This document shows, piece after piece, positions 1 through 13,330 of a stretch of DNA of 64,000 bases. How positions within the stretch are numbered: the first letter of the stretch is position 1; every line of letters begins with the position of its first letter. This DNA comes from Takakia lepidozioides. Taxonomy: Eukaryota > Plantae > Bryophyta. Made by a program: the position numbers and the translations under genes. A model generated the notes under the pieces. The model made no database searches, was not told the origin of the DNA, and saw only the letters and a list, made by a program, of their open reading frames with translations. Location: NCBI GenBank assembly GCA_030704615.1, contig CM060731.1, positions 9,486,001 to 9,550,000 on the forward strand, written 5' to 3'.

Positions 1-284
1 GAACAGAGTCATGTGGTTTACTTTTCAACTTGATTTTCAGATCAGTGTCAACAATCAATCATTCTTCCTGCAAAGTCTTGGTCTGCACAATCTGAGACTT
101 GAGATCCTCCACAAAGGCCAGCATGTTTTTAGTTGAGGATCCACCCTCTGCCATATCCTCATGAGCACAATATTTGAGCTTCCCTACCCTGGTTCGAATT
201 GCCATGCCCTCCTCCCCTGTCATTAGCTCCCTGATGTGTGCATGATTTGTGCAGAGGCAGAGATAGCTGAAGGAGCAGGGATAG

Positions 285-1572
285 AGAGTAGGTCTAGATT
301 CATCCAAAAGGGCCAGATTTCAAGCACAAGATTACTTATGATTTCCTTTAGATCAATAGCTACAAGAAACCTGCATGGGTAGATGGTCAACTGTCATGCC
401 GCAGCAGCAGCGGCACAACTGATAAAATCAGGCACTGGTAATCGAGGCACCTTCTTCACATTCACCCTATTTTTCCCTCTTATCAGAAACGGCCCTGAAT
501 TTCCATGTTGAATTCTGCAAGTTAGCTGGTTGAGTGAATGTAGTTTGGAGTGACTTTGACTTGATACTGCCATTGTGACAACAGGAAAGTATCCAAAAAT
601 ACGTAACAGAGATGAGGAGAAGCTGTGGAATGAATACTTTTCTGACTCCAGTCAATGGTGGGACACCAGGGAAAAATGTGAATGCTTGTTAGATTACAGG
701 AGAGTAGCAGACGCAATTCAGTACAGGAACTAGTGTAATAAGCTGAGTTGGGTGTTTCCTAGAACAAATCTAGGTTGTCATTATCAGCTGCAAGGCAAGG
801 ATGTATGCATCATTTGTGCAGAGGCATGGATAGCTGAAGGAGCGGGGATAGAGTGTGGGTCCAGATTCATCCAAGAGGGCTGGACTTCAAGCTCCAGATT
901 ACCTTGATTTCAGGTGGATCAGTAGCTACAAGAAACCTGCATGTGTAGATGGTCAACTAAAGGCAGCAGCTGTAGTGGCACAGTTGATAAAATCAGGCAC
1001 CTCAACCATGACCACAGCTATTGAAATTAGAGGATCAAGAGAGGGAGTCCACAATGCCTCTTCTGGCACTTCTGGGCATGTGAAGATACTTTGTGCTGCA
1101 GGCAGACTGACAGAGGCTCTACAGACTCTAAACCAAGGAGACATTTCAGCAGATTCAGATATGTCTGTCTGTTGCTTAAGTGCATCAAGATGGATGGTCT
1201 GGAAGCTGGAAAGCAGGTGCACACTCACATTATCCAAAGTGGATTCACACCAAATGTTTTTCTACTCAACACCCTTGTCAACATGTATGTTAAGTGCGGG
1301 AGCATCATGGATGCTCACCAAGTGTTCAACAGAATGCCTCAATGATCTTTGATCACGTGGAATATTATGTTGGCAGGATTTACCAAGCGTAGGTGTGGTA
1401 GGAATGCTTAGGAGACCTATGAGCAAATGTTGCGTGAAGGGGTGAAGCCCGACCACATTGCGTTTGTTTGTGTTTGCAATGCGTGTGCAAGCCTGGGAGC
1501 TCTGGAAAAGAGGGAAGAGGTCCATAGTGACATTGTCAAAGTTGGAATTGTACCAGATGTCATCCTGGAAAC
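285..1572 (+). pseudogene. Degenerate OSB-type PDF-motif / PLS-class PPR gene copy 1
   Basis: PDF-motif text at ~297-392 (IHPKGPDFKHKITYDFL*INSYKKPAWVDGQL) and ~626-678 (WNEYFSDSSQWWDTREK). PPR text follows: AGKQVHTHIIQSGFTPNVFLLNTLVNMYVKCGSIMDAHQVFNRMPQ and EGVKPDHIAFVCVCNACASLGALEK. Frameshifts and stops throughout. Confidence 0.8.
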
Positions 1573-1699
1573 AGAAGTGGCAGCAGCCCAATTGATAGAA
1601 CAATTCGCTGCTAATGAAGGTATCTTCTTCAATACATTTCACCCTGTTTTGCCATGTTATCAGAGTCGACCCTAAATTTAGAATTCTGCAAGTTAGCTC

Positions 1700-3830
1700 G
1701 TTCATGATGTGAGCTGGCATGAGTTTTATAAAGATCCTTCACGATGGTGGGACAACCGCAATCACAAGGTGTGGCTTTTCTTAATGTACGATGTGAAGAA
1801 GTTTGTCCATCCTGCAAAGGTGGGCTCTTGGCTCCTGTTAGTACCATGATTTGGTGTTCTTCCTGATGTTTACAAGGTTCTTGGGAGAGTCAGCTTGGTC
1901 TTAGTAGGCCGTGTTTCAATCTCTGCCTGCTCAGCTACACCGTGGTGGTTCTCAGACCAATCCAACATTACCTGACTACAGACACAAACATCACACACAA
2001 GAGGTCATTTTGGGTTGATGCTCGGTCAAATCCTCCATGGGTCAAGGACAATGTGGTGAGGGCACCTTCTTCTTTGACCTGTTGCAGCCTGTTTTGCCCC
2101 CTCATCAGACTTGGCCCTGAGATGCATATTGAATTATGTAAGTTAGCTCATTGGGTGGATCTGTGGTGGTTTGGAGTGACTTTGAACTAGTGTGATTTGC
2201 TGGAACAATTCTAGGCTGTCATTGTCAGCTGCTAGCAGCAAGGCAAGGATGTATGCATGATTTGTGCAGAGGTATGGATAGCTGAAGGGGCAGGGATAGA
2301 GTGTGGGTCCAGATTCATCCAAGAGGGCTGGATTTCAAGCTCCAGATTACCTATGATTCCATGTGGATCAATAGCTACAAGAAACCTGCTGCATGGGTAG
2401 ATGGTCAAGTAAAGGTAGCAGCTGCAGCGGCACAGTTGATAAAATCAGGCACCTCAACCATGACCACAGCTTCTGAAAGAGGATCAAGAGAGGGAGTCCA
2501 CAATGCCTCTTCTGCTGGGCATATGAAGATGCTTTGTGAGGCAGGCAGACTGACAGAGGCTCTACAACTTTAAACCAACAAGGCATTTTAGCAGATTCAG
2601 ATACGTCTGTCTGTCTCTTGCTTAAGTGCATCAAGATGAAAGGTCTGGAAGCTGGAAACAGGTGCACACTCACATTATCCAAAGTGGATTAACGCCAATG
2701 TGGGAGCATCATGGATGCTCACCAGGTTTTCCATAGAGTGCCTCAACGATCTTGATCACGTGGAATATAATGTTGGCAGGATTTACCAAGGATGGGTGTG
2801 GTAGGAGTGCTTTGGAAACCTATGAGCAACTGCTGCGTGAAGGGTGAAACCCAACCACATCACATTTGTTTGTGTTTGCCATGCGTGTGCAAGGCTGGGA
2901 GCTCTGGAAAAGGGGAAAGAGGTCCATGGTGACATCGTCAAAGCTGGATTTGTACGAGATGTCATTCTGAACACTGCCCTGGTGGACATATATGCCAAAT
3001 GTGGGTGCATTAAGGATGCGAAGGGAGTTTTCAACACTATGGCTAAACGAGATGTGGTGTCATGAGATGTGGTGTCATGGAACGTGGGGGGAATGTGTTG
3101 CTTGTAGGGTATGCACAGCAGGGACATGGAATGGAGGCTTTGGAGACCTATGATCAAATATTGATGGGGGAAGGGGTGAAGCCCAACCACATCACGTTGC
3201 AGCATACTGGTACTTCTCTCAGCCCCTCCATTTTTTTTTCTTTTGGTTTTTTGGCGCTGGGAGAGAGCAGCAGCTCTGCTGTCTCCTTCCCCTTGCTTAT
3301 GCCGATCGTTAAAGTGGAAATTGTCATTCTGAACTCTGCCTTGGTGGACATGTATGCCAAATGTGGGTGCAGCAAGCCTGATGTGAAGGGAGAGTTTGAC
3401 AATATGGCTGAACGAGATGTGGTATTTTGGAGTGCCATGATTGCAAGGTATGTGCAACATGGGTATGGGATTAAGGCTTTGGAAACATAAGAGCAAATGA
3501 TGTGGGAAGGGATGAAGCCAGACCAGGCCATCATGTTCATTTGTTTTTGTAATATGCATATGCGAGCCTAGCAGCCCTGGGAAGGGACAAAGAGGTTTAT
3601 GGTGACATTATCCAAGCTGAAATTGTACCAGATGTCATTCTGAACATTCCCCTGGTGTACATCTACGTCAAATGTGAGCCTGGCAGCCCTCAAAAGGGCA
3701 CAAAGGTCCATGATGACATCGTCAAAGCTGGAGTTGTCACTCTAAACACTGCCTTGGTGGATATGTATGTTAAGGCAGCCCTGGAAGTGGATGTCACTTT
3801 GGATGACAAGGTAGCTCGCACCACCATTCT
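1700..3830 (+). pseudogene. Degenerate PDF-motif / PLS-class PPR gene copy 2
   Basis: FYKDPSRWWDNRNHK (~1725) and FWVDARSNPPWV (~2010). ORF 2301-2573 runs from a PDF-like motif into the PPR leader. Several PPR motifs follow (LNTALVDIYAKCGCIKDAKGVFNTMAKRDVVS; ERDVVFWSAMIARYVQHGYGIKALE), broken by stops and indels. Confidence 0.8.
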
Positions 3831-4901
3831 CTGGAACTGCCTGAATTCATTCTCAAATGATTTCTAATGTTCTCTTGACATGTCCACAATAGTGCTGGAC
3901 CTAGCTGCACAACAGATTATCCTTACTCAATGACTTCAGTTGGGCAGTGATCAATGGATATGGCAACATGGCCCTCATGTTGGTCATTTGTAGAATGTGG
4001 CCAAAACTTGTTTTACAAAACACTCTTGATATAAAACAGTTTTGAGCCATCCAAATGTTTTTGGTTCCGACCTGTATTTGTATTCTATGTTTTGTTGTAT
4101 TTGTAATATATTTTCAATGCAGTGCAGCGAATCAAAATATTTAAATACAATACCCACTAATTCACATACGTACAGATATAAACTAAAAGTAAATGAAAAA
4201 ACGAAATAACAGTAATAAACCAAATATTAAATAATAAACCTCCCAATTTATATATATATATATATATACACCCCCAGAGTGAAACCTATTTACTAAAATG
4301 TGTCCTCTTTTACTGCTTCACAGTAGAATATTACACTATACAAAGTCAAGCAAACTCACTATCACTGATTCACAATCAAACCGTATGCTAAACATCATGG
4401 AACATAGTCAATATGTTCCACTTCAGTTAAACCACTTTACTACACGTCATGCATCCACGTCTGCCCTTAAGCCACTCACTACACATCCACCTTATAATTC
4501 AGTTAAACCACTTTACTACACGTCATAGCCACGTCACATCCACGTCATACTGTGCTGCCTACACGTCACCCCCTAGGTTTTACTGTCACATTTCACTGTC
4601 AGAACCTGGCATCTGGATTCGATTGCTTGACTGAAACGACTTGACCTTTGTCACGCATGTTCGACTATGGAGTCTGGGAGTAAAAATGTCGCAAACGACT
4701 AAAAAATGAGTCAAATACAGAGTCGAAAAGCCCGGCTTGTATTGTAGTGTACAAATGGTGATATACCATGAAACTAAAATGTTGCGAAGTCCTAGAGAGG
4801 TCAAGTCATAGGACCCCAAGAGTCACCACCCGTAAACTAAGGCTAAGCCGCAGAAGAGAAGAGGATCAAGCTAAAGTAGATCGGCTAAGAAGAGCAATAC
4901 A

Positions 4902-5730
4902 TTACCCCACCGTGTGCTCCTCCACATTGATACATGTAAGATCAAAAACTAGCTCGGAATGCACCAAGTCCGTCAAGGGAACAGGTTCATCCCGCACTTC
5001 AGTATTGGAGCCTTGTGGAAGAATGAGAGCACGCCGCCCACGTAAAATCTGATAGATCAAGTATGGACCATCGATCTTGAGCTTAGATTTGCATGCATGC
5101 TTGCCATGCTGCAATCGAACGCACACGGTTTGTCCCACCTGAAACAGGTTAGAATACTTGACACGCTTGTTAAAATTACGAGCCTGGGTTAGCTGAGCCT
5201 TACCAATGTTCGTTTTGGCATCATGGATAGACACTGCATGCCGAGCATGAAGATCCTCAAGAAATGTATCAAGATCAACTGGATCAGTAACAGTAGAGAT
5301 AAGAGGGATAGAATGCAAATGAGAAACACACTTGCGACCATACAACAACTCAAAAGGAGTCTTCTTGGTGCTAGCATGCACGGCGGTGCGATAAGCAACG
5401 AGTATAGGGAGAAGAAAAGTATCCTTCTTCCTGGTAAATGCGCCATTCTTCTCCAACAATCGGCAAAGAATAGGGTTGAAGCGTTCCGCAAGGCCATTGG
5501 TCTGGGGATGGTATGGGGTTGTGGTGGAATGCTTAACACCGAAATTGAAACAAACCACCGTGAGGAGCTAGTTGCAAAACCCTTTGCCCTGATCCATTAG
5601 TATCTCATGAGGACACCCATGCCGCATAAGGATCTCATTGAAGAAGAACTGAGCTACAACATCACTAGCCTTGGAACGCAAAGGCCGAACTTCTACCCAC
5701 TTAGTCAAGTAGTCGGTAGAAACACAAAGG
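4902..5730 (-). mobile_element. Ty3/Gypsy integrase (rve) C-terminal fragment
   Basis: TDYLTKWVE near 5690-5715, TPYHPQTNGLAERFN, YRTAVHASTKKTPFELLYGR and a GPY motif (DGPYLI). Ends in purine-rich GGTGGGGTAA followed by TG. Confidence 0.85.
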
Positions 5731-6436
5731 TTGCTTCAACCCTTTGATCGAAACCAACCCGAGAAGAAATCAAACTATACTAAAAGGATGAATATGTCAC
5801 TTTTAAAGCCTTCACCAATTCTTTTTGGATGTGGGATTGTTGGGTGATTGGATTTCATATAGATTTTTTTCCATCTTAAAATTAGCTTTATAATTATTTA
5901 ATTATTTATATATAATCATCATGACCTGCTTTTATATGTTCCAAAGCCATCTTGAATTACACGTTTATCAAATAGCAAGTGAAAACAAATTGTCAAATAC
6001 AATACACCTAAAGAAATAAATACAAAAAATTATAAATATATAAGCTTATGTAGTATAATACACATACCAGAATAAACGAGGAAGATGCCAGGGGAGTATT
6101 GGTATTGTGGCTGGTATGAAAAAACTGATACCAACCTGTATGGTATATGACCAAGTATTCTCCCCAATGATACCAGGCTGGTCTGATATCTAATACCAGT
6201 GCATATAGCAATACATATACCAATCCTTCACCTATACACCAGTCCAACACTGGGAGACAAGTCGGGCGAAATTATCCATGGGCGAGGTGAAGCCTCACCG
6301 CCTACTCTCCCACCTGCTATGGATAAAAAACCACACCTATAAGGTAACATGTTCATCAGGTATAAGGGAAACTTGTGGAAATTTCACAGAAATCCAGGGA
6401 ATATGCCCTTGTGCTCTACCCAACCTCGTCAGGACT

Positions 6437-6500
6437 CCATAGCCCAGCTGGATAGTGCACATTGCGTCCTCCTAATTTGAGCTCAAATCCTGCTATCTTG
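6437..6500 (+). mobile_element. Degenerate tRNA-derived (SINE-like) head
   Basis: A-box-like TAGCCCAGCTGG and B-box-like GCTCAAATCC at tRNA-like spacing; no intact cloverleaf. Confidence 0.35.
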
Positions 6501-7192
6501 TCCTCAGTGGTATGGTGCATGATACTTGTGGAGGGTAGGCCTGGGGATGGTACAGTTTATGTCTGACATGAAACCGGGTTAATTTTTCCCCCTCCTCTGG
6601 TAAGAGCCTGAATTAGGCTGCCTCTGGCCTGCCTCACTTGCTAGATACAGAGAGACCCTTCTAGAGACTGGTCTAGAGAACTACTGAACCCATTTACCAG
6701 TGTTCTCACCAGGCTCATTTCAACTTCAACCATTCTGAGGTGTACCAAAGTTCTTCCGTGCTGTTACTTCACAAAGATGCCTGCCCACCTCAGCAGGTGA
6801 CTACAAATCTGTAGAGGAGCTAGGTGTTAAATATAGTGAAAAGTTCACTCCCAAGAGCAGGTCACGGGACTGACGGTGGAAGTACCTTAGTAAAAACTCG
6901 CCAACTCTTTTCTTCCATAATTTCTGATACCTTATGGCAAGCCTTCCATCACCTGTTGCTAAGTTGAGGTCTGGTGTGTAATACAGGATATTCTGGAAAT
7001 AAAGGTTCTCTATTTACACTATTTATTTTCAACTAACAGCACATGCACAATTGCAGACTGCAGTCTATACAAACCGAAATTGCAAAAGTGGATGGCTACC
7101 TCTGGCATTGTTCACAGAACTGCAAAATCAATACAGAAGCAATTGTTGCAAAAAAATTTGAAATTGTCATACCTGTCAAGGAATTCAAGTGT

Positions 7193-10100
7193 TTAATTCT
7201 CTCTGTTAAGGAGGATGTAGCCACATAGAAGTGAGCAGGGGAGGTGCACCACTAGGACATAGGGGTACAGAGCACTGCCCCAGTACCATAAAGACTCTGT
7301 CTGATGCCACAGATTGCCAAGGCTAGCTTGCCATGAATCCCCCATGAAATACATACCACATGCCAGGAGCACAGGTGGAGACCCCAAGATATTACTGAAC
7401 ATCCCCACAAGAAAAGACAAGTGGACCCACACACTCTTGTTGCCTACTCCCTGCTTATCCACAGACTCTTTCCATACATTGGCCAGTGGGCATGCGCAAA
7501 GACAGGATGGCACTAGCACTAAAGCTCCAATTAAGGCAATGGCAAAGTCAATTTGAGACATTACTCCTAGCCCAATTGTTGCTACTCCTAGTAATAAAGC
7601 CTTGACAGCAATCCAGTCTTCCCCTTGGTTACCTACAGACACAGGAAGGGTCCCACCCCCTGGCACATCGAAGGCTGCAACAAGAGTGGGTAGAAAGCTT
7701 ACCGCAGTAAACAAACTGGTGATGGCTATAACTACCCAAGTGAGCATCTTCATCTCAGCTGAATCAAATATATGGGAGACAAGTGGTGGCATGAGTGCAA
7801 CAAGCAATGCCCACAGCTTCACAGTACACACCACAAGCACGGCTCGCCGCCACCGTCCTGCATTGGAAAGAGGACCTTTCCCCCTTGTTTCTGTCAGTTT
7901 CTCACTGCTTTCAGCTTGTGTTTCAAGTAATCCAGAAGATTTGTTGTGGGAGACAGCAACCTTCACCAATTGAGAGCAAAGTGCCGCCGCTCCAAGGGGA
8001 AGGGTAACAAGAAGAAGGCCAAGTGGAATCATATAGACACCGACAGAAACAAACTTGTTTGGAGCAGAGAGAAGGTACAGAAAAAAGGACTGATGGAACT
8101 TCTCCAGTAAGTTGTTCACCGAGCGCATCAATCCCTCTACCACCCTGCCCACCCACACAGCGTTCAGAGTGGTTAACAATATGCTTCCAAATAAACACCA
8201 TTTTCAGCCTTTGGAACATTGCTAAAGTGAATCACTCCACACGAATGAACACCTAATACAGCAGAGAAGCTAGTACAATACCTGCCAAATCTTGTTAGCA
8301 AATCAGTATACGCTCTTGCATTATCCAGATCACCTCCAGCCATCAGTTGTAGAGTAACTGCATCAATCTGATAATCCCTGAAAGCTCCATGAGCACCAGT
8401 TGGCACTCCTGCTGCCTGATATACACAAACAACAAAAACGGTCCTGCCAATGAGCATGTTGGCAGAAGGCATCTAGACTGGCATCTCAATATCCACACAC
8501 TGTTGCTTGGGTCCATGCATATTGCCAAGCTTTGTCAGACTTCATTACACTTCAGGACATTTCTAACAGTGGCATTTCTATCATGCCTCATGCATTGAGT
8601 TTTTTATATTGTAATGCTTCAACCTGCTAAAAATTTGTGCTGATGCAGGCCCCGAACAGAATAACCAAGGAAGCGGTTTGCGCGCATGAAGTCTTGGGTA
8701 TGTTGACACACCAACCTCTGAATCTAAGAATGCAAATAGGAATAATCCCTCCGTGCCAACCTTTCACCTATCTGCACCCAAAAGTTGTTTCCTAGCCAAG
8801 TGGTATGGGAAAGGCTCATCCACAAGGCCTTGCACCAGGGCATGAAATTGGAGGTTCTGAAACACCTTGAATCACATGTCTTCAGTTGAATATCCTCTTT
8901 GTATAGCATTCTCTAAGTGGTGATTTTCATACTCAAGATGCTAGAGACCTAGAGGTGGAATGCCAAATCCTTGAGCTAAGATGGTCAAGTTTGTTAGAAG
9001 CATGCTGACAACCAAGAAGCCAACAGTACCTGATTCAAAATTGAGGCAAACAGGGTGGCTAAGTCTTCAACATATGCAGAAGCCGACAAACCGAACCCCC
9101 AGTCAGACCGAACTTTCCCTGAAAGCTGGCCCATCTTTTCCTGAAGCTGACCCAGAAAGGTGACCCAAGCCCACTCTTGTATCCCTTTCACCGAGTCTAG
9201 GCACATATGTAAGCCATGTCTCCACACAGCTAGTGTATTCACGACATTAATCAGGTCCAGATTTGGCATTTGTCCATTGGGTCCCTCTCCTGACACTTTG
9301 ATGCAATCAACATGTCCTCCATCCCTGGAAGTCACATCAAAGACCAACCCTGCTGCAATGGTGCCTGCACGCTTGAAGTCTAGCAGAGTATCTATGTCAG
9401 GGTCTTTAGTATACGAACCCGGTTGACTATAAAGGTCAGACACGGTCCACTCATTCGGTAATATGTGAAGTTGGGGCTCATGGTACTCTCGAAGCCAGGC
9501 CGCGACCGCAGTGTCTGCACCATACCGGGCATCTGTGACAAGCCAGATGACATCCCTAGCCAGCCAACTTGCCTTTCCCCAAAGCTCGAATAATGCCATG
9601 CTGAAACCTAAAGCCAATCCATCGGCCCCAGATAACCTCCCTCCCTCAACTTTGAAAGGGGTCACCAGCACCACTGCTTCATTTCCTTCACCCTGAGGAG
9701 CCCTTACAATGCCAACTACATTTACGCCTGGGATGCCCTCCTGTGAGTGAATGAATGCAGAAACTTAACAGCATGTCAAGAGACTTCAGGACCAAATTGT
9801 GTCATATCAAGTCTGCAGTAAGACAATAATCAGAAATGCATCCTGCAATGACATTCTGCCACAAGGGTGCGCATTAATAAGGTTCTGATGTGCAGACTAT
9901 CCAGTGCACATTACCCTGGAATGTATGAAATTGCAACATTAATAAACAAGAACCAATTGTCACCATCTAGCCAGTGTACAGGAGTGAACCGGCAGCTAAG
10001 AGACGCAATTGATGCATTGACATTGATATTCACATTTTCAGTCATGTGCATGGAGCGCATCAACATCGGGCCAATAAAGAGGCTCCAACCTCAGAAAACT

Positions 10101-12064
10101 GTTGACGAAGGCAGTGTGACCTTTACCCTTAAATACTTTCACGTAGACCGCATTGGTGCAACCATTTTGAACAACTTGGAGCAAGTATGACCCACCATGG
10201 TCCCATTCAAGTTCCTTCTTCCAATATGCTGAGAGCTTGAGAAGAACCGCATGGACTTAAAAGGTTTCTCTGGTGAAGAGAAAGGATGAAGATAAAAATC
10301 TGCACCGAGTGCTGCCATATGCTTCACAGCCCATCTGCGAACTGCCCTGCATCAACTGACTAATTAAATAAGTAAACCCATTTTGTGATAGTTCCTCAAT
10401 CAAGAAACTAAAATGATGCCACAGTGCTATGCTCTAGTATCCTCTTTTCTCTCTCCCTTTCTTCCTCTCTAAACTCTGGCCCAAGGCATTGATTCAGGAA
10501 AGATACTGATAAAATACACACATGTAAACAGAGGTCCTCCTACATAAAGGGCCTGGATTCAGCAGCGTATCACAGGGGCCAGAGTGCATTATGCCTTAAT
10601 GAAGAATTGTCAGCAGGGTTTGACAAGGTGGATGATCCACTGCTGTATCGCAATCTCCCACCTTGGGTGTAGCACAGACAGGACATTCCAATATCGGCCA
10701 TTGGCACAGCCTGCTGTAGTGAAACCCAAGAAAAATGTTGGCACAACTCTGATCCCTAGGCAACCTTCTGCACATCATTGCAGTAGTATTTCACCTGTGC
10801 TATGCCAAACCCTAAGAATGATCACCAAAAGAAAGCCACCTAACAGCACCTTCAACCTACAATATTGACAACTCACATGTGACCGTCGGTACTTTGAGAA
10901 ACTAGAGCCTGCACCTCATCCGTCATGCGGATTGCCACCATGGCCTCCCTTGTGCCAAATACTGAATTCGCTGACCCTGCATACAGAATCAGCAGAGCCA
11001 TGAAACACAGGCATAAACAAAGCATGGTCCTCATTATACCAGCTTCTACCGCAATCCTCCAAGAAATTTGCATATTCACATCAAACAACTGTGCATTTAA
11101 CGCTCCCTGAAATAGAAGAGACTCTCCTGAAATACAAGTGGCACAAAATATTTCCTTTGCATCTCACAAACAGGGGCCTTCTTCTCCCAGATTCTCAACA
11201 AAGAAAACTAAATCCTCCAATAACAGCAAGAGACAACACCATATTGAGATCAAAACTATCAAGCATTTGGACAAAAATTTGAGGATTGTAGAGACTCCAA
11301 GACACCAGCGTGCTAGGACTATTGAACATCAAGAGGAACCGTATCTTCTAATAGGTTAGGTCTCCAACTGCCGACAGACCTTAAAATACAATCACACAAC
11401 AGTTCCCACTTCAACTCATCAGAGCTGACAGGCCCCTTTCGCACAGGTGAGGCTAAGATTAGCATGGCCAAGGAAGGCCCCTTTCCTGGACTAACTCCTC
11501 TAGAGCTTAATAAACGATATTGAAGGCCATAGAGGGTGCATTCAGTCTTGTCTCATGCTTTTGGTTACCGAAAGTCTGAGAAATTGAAACCAACCAAAAC
11601 ATACAACAGCGTTCCTGCGTCTCAGTTCCCGACTCAGATGGAAAGCATTAAATGGCATCCAGTTTATAGATGCAAATGGTAAGGAGGAAAGCAAACCTGG
11701 CAAGAGGGCGTTCTCAGAAATGTAGTTTGACTTAGCCAGCGCAGGCAGTAGCAGCACCGCAATAAGCCCTGCTACATAGCATATCACACTGCACCCCCGT
11801 GTGCATGCCCCGGAGCCCGCCTCTCAAAACCAAGTTCAGGAGCAGAAAAACTCCTTCCCCTGATCATATACACCTCACATAGACAAACTGAAAAAAATCA
11901 CGCATCCAGTACCCAATCATAAACTATTAGCCTCTCCGTAGCCCTCCCTTCGCACTTGTTCAAGAGCAGAACCTGATAGAATACGAATGCTGCAGGAGAA
12001 GAGATCCAAGGCGAGGCAGCAACCGGACCCGCGCCTTTCCCCACTCCTTGCCACCCTCCTCCAT
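7193..12064 (-). CDS. GPAA1: GPI transamidase subunit GPAA1/GAA1, 7 exons (12064-11973, 11788-11697, 10976-10877, 10346-10196, 9740-9030, 8415-8282, 8144-7193), about 743 aa
   Basis: Family motifs YISENALLPG, GVNVVGIVRAPQGEGNEAVVLVTP, WLARDVIWLV, GPNGQMPNLDLIN, PTGAHGAFRDYQIDAVTL and RSVNNLLEKFHQSFFLYLL, plus a multi-TM C-terminus. All six introns are GT-AG and exon lengths sum to 2232 nt in frame. Confidence 0.95.
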
Positions 12065-12924
12065 CACTGCAGACGGCCCAGACCCCGGTCAAACGAAGTT
12101 GTCCTCAAGTTGCAGCGAGCGTCATCGCCATAGCCCAGAGCTTGATGGCTGGACCTAACTTAGATCGAACAGCAGGGACGAAACCCCTGCTTCGTCCGTC
12201 ACGACACGGTTCGTTCGTCACAACTCGGGAGCCATCCTTCAGTTTATTGGCTCCTCCCCAAGGAGAGACCACCATCCATGATTTTCTCCTCATGTACCTT
12301 CCCCAGTGAATACTTACTTGTCAACGTAAAGAACTAGGGCTGATTTCTCTTTGTAAATTTTCTGCGCGTTATCCAGCGTAAGAGCCCGCCCCACGATTAC
12401 CAGTGCATTACACACTCGTAAAGCCCTGACCTAATTTTCCCTTTGTATTTGTAGGGCACCCTGACTTAGCCCGAGGGCATTCACTCTGTTTGAGGGCTGC
12501 CCTGCGCGAGGGCAGGAGCCCGCGGCTGATCAGCCCAAAAACAGAGTGAATGCCCGAGGCCACCGCCTTACCCGGATAATAGAAACGCTGAAAGAAAAAA
12601 ATCGCGGTCAGGGGCTTTACGCAGTGGGACTCCCACCCCTCGGGTACACCTGGGTAGTCGGGCAGTATTCGGGTCGTACGCCCTGGGGCCACCCTCGGGC
12701 TACGAACCCTCACACAGCGGAACACCCTCCTGGCGGGGACTCCCCCTATACGTAAGGGATTTTGGCTGCCTAGTATGGCGTATTTGGAGGAGGATTAAAA
12801 ATCAGAATTCTATGCCTAATGCTACTAGCACATTAAGCCATTTGCACTAGCACATTATGAAACATAATGTGTTTGATTAGGACTTGCAAGCCAATGAGAG
12901 GGCGGCAGACGCAATCCTTTAGGT

Positions 12925-13017
12925 TATGGAATGGGCCACAACATGCCAATATGGCGGTTTCGGCGGCAGCTCGCCACCACCTTACCGCCACAATGGCATG
13001 TTGCGGCCCATTCCATA
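12925..13017. mobile_element. Small hairpin MITE-like element
   Basis: TATGGAATGGGCCACAACATGCCA pairs with TGGCATGTTGCGGCCCATTCCATA; the outer TA could be a TSD. Confidence 0.55.
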
Positions 13018-13260
13018 GTACTTATTTGTCAAGATAATACCTTCCCCAACAAGCAGCTAGTCGCGTAATAGCTCGGCCCTAATTACATTATTTTATTTTA
13101 TTTTTAAAATTTAAATTTAAGGGAAACACCTGGGAGCGACATCTCACAAATCAGGCCCCTTGATAGTGAGAGGAGAAAATAACCTCTTTCACAGTAACCC
13201 CGCCATGAAGGCTGAGAAATGGGACACCGCCCAGGGAAGGGAGAAGAGTATATCACACCC

Positions 13261-13330
13261 GTCAAGTAGTAGGATTTGACCCCAGAATCATCTGGGTGGC
13301 ACTCAGTGCACTAACCAACTGAGCTAATGA
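13261..13330 (-). mobile_element. tRNA-derived SINE head
   Basis: Minus strand reads TAGCTCAGTTGGTTAGTGCAC...GGGTCAAATCC (A and B boxes); the acceptor stem is not intact. Confidence 0.5.

Noticed and set aside
4902-5730. The missing integrase of the dUTPase-Gypsy at 45748-48675
   Set aside because: No shared LTR, overlap or junction evidence links them within the window.
13261-13330. Functional tRNA genes (also 6437-6500 and 55494-55560)
   Set aside because: A/B boxes are present but the acceptor and anticodon stems do not pair; they are treated as SINE or pseudo-tRNA relics.
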